Position numbers and translations under genes: made by a program
DNA from: Schmidtea polychroa
Taxonomy: Eukaryota
Assembly: GCA_044892525.1 (NCBI GenBank)
Contig: CM097885.1
Coordinates: 265,732,001-265,796,000, forward strand
Direction: 5' to 3'
Length of the DNA: 64,000 nucleotides
Notes under the pieces: model-generated
The model's database searches: none
Seen by the model: the letters and a program-made list of their open reading frames with translations, nothing else
What the model was told of the DNA's origin: nothing
In this document: positions 58,942-64,000 of the stretch, in pieces
Layout of the letters: each line of letters starts with the position of its first letter
How positions within the stretch are numbered: position 1 is the stretch's first letter

Positions 58942-61120
58942 CGTTGGGCTAAATTTTGAAGTTGAGAAAACTGGATCGAATAGGAAACTAACCGCGAAAA
59001 ATAAACAAAATATAAATTACAGCCAAATCTCAGTAGTAAATAGGAGGAAACAATAAAATACCGATAAAGGAAATAAGAATAAGCAACCAAAATAAATAAA
59101 ACCCCAAGAGTTGGAAATAATACAAAAAGGAAATGGCCTAAGGTACACAGCAGTGAAAGTAGAAATAAAGTAACAAAATAAAAATAAACGAAAAATTAAG
59201 GAAATAAAATAGAAATAAAACCGTTCTCAAATAAATGCAGACTAATTAAAACAAAATTACATTACAGTAAAATATCAATAAATTCGCACGAAAAGATAGG
59301 AGAAAAATAATAAAAATAAGAAAATAAATAAAATAATAATAAGAAATAAGTTAAGTCATTAAAATCTAATATATTATAATAAAAAACATAAAAAATAATA
59401 ATAAATAACGAAATTACAAACGAGTCGTGTCCTGATTGGACGAAAAATAATATATAAAGAACGAGAAAATCTGTAGAGTATCATTCTTAACCCAAAACTC
59501 TACAGGACTTCAGGACTATTCAACCACTTTTAAAAAATACTCTACAGGACTAGATAGCAACATTCAACCATACTCTCCAGTACTCTACAGACTAATTTAG
59601 CGGACTAATTCAGAGACTCAAAACCGAACCTAGACGAGGAATATATAGTAGTCAACCGACAAACCTATTAAGGACAAATCCCAAATCAATCTATTTAATC
59701 CAGTTTTCGAGAAACTTGAGGTATGTCTCGGTAGTTGATTTATTTATGTTTGTTGATTTAATCTAGTTTAATTTTTTTTGTAAATATAATTAAAAAGAAT
59801 TTTGTCTAATAAATTTATTTAAAACAAAACAGCCTTTTCTTCATGGTACCGGCGACTGTGCCATCTGGGAGCTTCAAGTATGATGTGGACGAGCGAGAGA
59901 TATGCCACAGTGGAATGTACAGAAATTTTCAGAGTAGGCATCCAGGAGATGTCGTAGAAATTAGGTACTTCCAGAAAATGATGAGAGTTTATGAGATTTT
60001 CATTTCGGTTACGATCCGACGCATGATTTCGGGGCAATAGAGACATCATACTTGTAGCCCAAATGATATGGTCGCCGGGTAAAATTTAATTATTCATTTA
60101 CCCATTATTATATTTTGCATAGTTTTAATTTGATTAAAGAGAGATGGGTTGATTGGTCCCTCATGACGGTGCAGGAACGGCGGCAGAGATGAATGCCGTT
60201 CTTGGGTGTGTCATGGGGGGTGAAGAAACTCGGTATGTCGAGATTTAGATTAAGAAATGAAATTTTCTCCATCGAGTGAGATCGTTTGTAGAGTCTTCCA
60301 TCATTCTCATCGGCAGCACAGAAATCTTCAGTAGTTGTAGAAAATTGATTAAAATCCAAAAGAGACTGTTTCGTACTGAGCTAGACCTTTTAATCCAGTT
60401 TTGATTTTACGAGAACCCATGGAGAATGGGAAGACCTTTTCATGATCAGCGTGGCGGTCAGCGTGGTTAGGTAGAGAAGCGATTTCGATCATAGTCGGCG
60501 AGGAATTGCCATATTCTCCACATCTGAGCGTATTCCCAAGATTTCCGAAGATTTCCCAAGATTTAGATCGCTATGACATTGCCACTAAACCTATCGTCGG
60601 TGTACTTTCGAAGTGAATTGTTGATCTTGGGTCATTGATAAGAATTTTCTGTCTGAAAATAGAATAAACAACTCAGGAGAAATTATCTAGATGCTTACCA
60701 AGAGACGTGAGGAAATAATCGCCAATATTATCGGGTAATCATCGAAGATTTCGGCCGGTGTCGAGAGAATTTGCGATATTTCCACGAGAAAGATAAGGCC
60801 AAATTGCTGACAGGAATTGTCGCGCGCACGAGTTGATAACCGATATCTTAAAATCAACATCGTGAAGGAACAAGCTTATAACTGAACTCAAGCTTACTCG
60901 ATGACTTTCTTGTTTGACCGCCCACTCAGAATGACTTAATTCGGCTCTCACTAATTGATGGATGTTGTTGCTCGTCTAGGAATAACGAATACAGATCTAC
61001 GTTACGTCAATCGAAGACTGCAATGTACACGCACACACCAGTCAACTCCGCACAAGATTGATTAGAAATCGGTATTTTTCTCCATGCTTTTAAAAAATAT
61101 GAATCCTTTTCAATACCTAT
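58942..61120 (+). mobile_element. Multi-kb LTR copy E (degenerate; right boundary approximate)
   Basis: CGTTGGGCTAAA start, A-rich head, ATTGG at 59435, GTATGT donor at 59721; similar to 18100-19300 (for example the shared ATGGTCGCCGGGTAAA). Confidence 0.6.
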
Positions 61121-61187
61121 TACCCGCCGTTTCCCAGTGCTTAGCAGAACTACTGCTACATATCATTCATAGCACTGGGCAGATCCA

Positions 61188-62280
61188 ATGACCACGCTAA
61201 AAATTTTTGGTAAAAGTCCTCAGAGCTTAGTAGAATTACTCCATATAACATTCACTAGCACTGGGGCAGAAATCAATGAGTTTTTTATTGCTTTTCAGCT
61301 TATTAACTTTTTTTCAGGAACCATTGAAATGTCAAAGGATCTCCGAAAAGCATGCTGGGACTGTGTTGGCTCCAATATTCGGGAAATAAGCCATAATACG
61401 TTCAAATATGCCGACAATATTATCTCTGGATGTTTTACTTTTGAAAACTTGGTCCGAGAGCAGCATATTGAATTCCTAGATGCTTTCGAAACAGCTATAA
61501 AAATATGGCACTCAAACGTAAATTATGATCAAAACTACCTTAATTTTTCCCATTCTTATAATATTAATTCCCTCGGAAAACATGCTTTTTTTAAGAAAAA
61601 TGTTAATTTTAAAATAAATCCTAATTCAAAAGAAAATCATTATTTTAATGAAAATACTAATTTTAATGAAAATCTTAATCTTAAAAATATACTCTATAAA
61701 ATTAATAAAAGTAATGAAATTTTTATCAAAAAACAAGCTTTAAAAAATAAAAACGTGAATACACTTTCTGAAAAAAAGCATGATAATTGGTTTTTTAATG
61801 ATTTTATAACTAAATCTAAATATTCTAAGTGTAAAAAACGTAAAAAATTAAAGAAAAAACAAATTCGGAGTAATTTGTTTGAATATTCTAACAATAATTT
61901 CAGATCCAATGACCACGCTAAAAATTTTTTTGGTCCTCCTTAGACTTATTTCAACACCCAAAATTAACGAAAATTACACAAAATCACCAAATTTAACTGC
62001 CTGTGAGTCAGTGTTCAAACCTGATAACTCCAAAATTGATGTGATTATATCTGCCTCCCATAGTCACAGGGACAGCAATTCGTCACTACCAAACCCACAA
62101 TTAGCTGCCAAAATTATCTCATCTGTCAACACGGCATACTCTCACCTGTCCGAAAACCTAAAACCTGATGTCATAGACCAATCTACTATGTTTATTAACT
62201 CAACTGACAATCCTATAAACTTGACTGAACGAGAAAAACCAAAGAACAATGGTAAAAAGAGGAAAAAAAGGAGACATTAG
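61188..62280 (+). other. Two low-complexity ORFs of unknown nature, both containing MTTLKIF because of a ~30-bp direct repeat
   Basis: CAGATCCAATGACCACGCTAAAAATTTTT near 61182 and 61901; no domain recognised. Confidence 0.3.
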
Positions 62281-63138
62281 GTCTCTTTACCCAACTGTCA
62301 TTGGGTACTTGTAGGGATCCTTGTATGGATCCCGCCCATTGACAGTTAATCCTTTTTTATCTAATGTCTTGCTATCTCTATTATATCTTTCTCATACCTT
62401 TAACATTCTATAGGCTATATTATATTATATTAAATTATCCAACGCTACAAATATCACCAATAGGAGTCTTTCTACTCCGAAAAAATTAACCATTTCCTTC
62501 AGAACCACTCAATTTATAACACTGAAGCTGTAACTGTCCATTCTGACCTGATTGGAATTTCTCCTCCAATTAGATCCAGCAGAAACTCAAAACTGACAGA
62601 AGATATGAAAAACTTCGAAATCCGACCAGACCTGATTGGAGCACCTCTTCAGAATTCAATTGGGTCCGGCGGAATCAAATAACATTCCAAAAATTACTAC
62701 CGGAAAATACGTCTGAAAATCCGTCCTGACATGATTGGACCTGATTGGAACACCTCCACAGAATTCAATTGGATCCGGCGGAAACTGAAACTCACCTGAC
62801 AGAGGATGGACTTGCTCTGCCTCTCCTAATCAACCTCCAATGAATGATTGCCAGGTGCATCTATATGGGCCATGGCTGATCATGTTCATGATTAGCCATG
62901 ATTATCCCCTACACTGCCCAATGATGCTTACCTTAAAAGAGAATGATCAATTGCCAGGAGCTTCAGAAAGGATCCCCTCAAAAAAACCTGACTGGAGTTT
63001 TCAGGGAAAACCGCGTTTTGATACCGGAGTTTATAACTCTGGTATCCATTGACTATTGGAATAAAAGCTGTAGATTTCATAAGGGTGAGAATCGATCTCC
63101 CCTTCTTGGCCATGTGGCCCGTGAATTACATAAAATAA

Positions 63139-64000
63139 AATTTGATTTTTTTTTTGGCAGAGGATTCCAGGAATAATAATACCTACCTGGATGGAAGAAG
63201 CTCCAATAATGGAGACAATATTAAGAACAACTTATTGTTATTATTATCTAAACTTTTTACTAGAGCTGATGATATTCGACCTCACGGATCTCCTTCGGCT
63301 CCCTCAGATCCACATGGGAGAGGCTCTTCTTCCAGAGATAAATCAATCGATAAAGTAAATTTATTGCATCCTAAACATATATATAGAACCGATGAGACCC
63401 CACCCGACGAATCACCTGCTGATCCATATGAAACGAGGAAAATCAGATCTTACTGCCCGGCTAGGATGATCCTCAAGCAATATGGCACATTTGCCACAGC
63501 ACGTACTAAAATAAAGGATACAATTAATCACAAGGAGCCGATCAATAATGGAATTTCTCTTATCTGTAACAATGAAGTGAACCGTATGCCTAAGAACTAT
63601 TATTCTGAGAAGAATGCTAAAGTGAATGAAACACCCGATATATATGCCACCTCTTGGAAAACTTTTTGCCCAGCTCGAAAGATTCACATACTAAAAAAGG
63701 GTAATCATAATCAAAATTATTATAAAGATTATAAACCAAATAGCCTTAATTATAATGGTGATAGTCGTAAATTTAATGATGGTGATTGTATATTGAATTG
63801 TAATGGTAATAACTTAAATAGTGGAAACTTTGATTTTAGTATTAATAATTTTAAACCTGCTAATAATTATACTTATGACTCTCAATCCAATCCACCTCTA
63901 TCCCCAAATGCTCTCTCACTCCCTACTGAGGAATATACTAGATTTAAAAATGGCCCTGCATATGACAATATTAATCTGAACTCTATTTATAATACAAATA
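63139..64000 (+). CDS. Stop-free frame (>285 codons) running off the window; unknown product
   Basis: Manual translation of frame +1 shows no stop from 63139 to the end. A poly-T-GGCAG acceptor-like site lies at 63160. Confidence 0.45.

Noticed and set aside
62270-62370. GDIRSLYP (RT-like) or PNCHW (Ulp1-like) motifs
   Set aside because: Isolated short matches in different frames, with stops and no supporting motifs.

Overview
AT-rich eukaryotic genomic DNA, almost entirely nested mobile elements, with four N gaps. The host is probably an invertebrate, possibly a planarian flatworm (inference). The centrepiece is an apparently intact ~15.1 kb endogenous Polinton/Maverick-type virus (2955-18044) with ~1.45 kb terminal inverted repeats and a perfect 6-bp TSD (ATTATA). 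It encodes protein-primed PolB, adenain protease, major and minor capsid proteins, two core proteins, chromodomain integrase and packaging ATPase. Less expected cargo: a TBP-like gene, a gene duplicated in both TIRs, a Maelstrom/DnaQ-like gene, a 56-aa Lys-rich protein, and several genes that need short GT-AG introns to be complete. The virus sits inside a ~3.4 kb solo LTR, which splits the gag of a tRNA-Trp-primed gypsy-like element whose ORF carries ubiquitin-like domains. The multi-kb LTR family occurs five times; four copies carry a covarying structured-RNA motif near the 3' end. The rest comprises six hAT elements or relics, Tigger, Merlin and Penelope-like relics, two decayed Polinton polB copies, and laminin-G exons of a host gene. 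All calls come from manual motif reading and hand alignment; no database searches were run.
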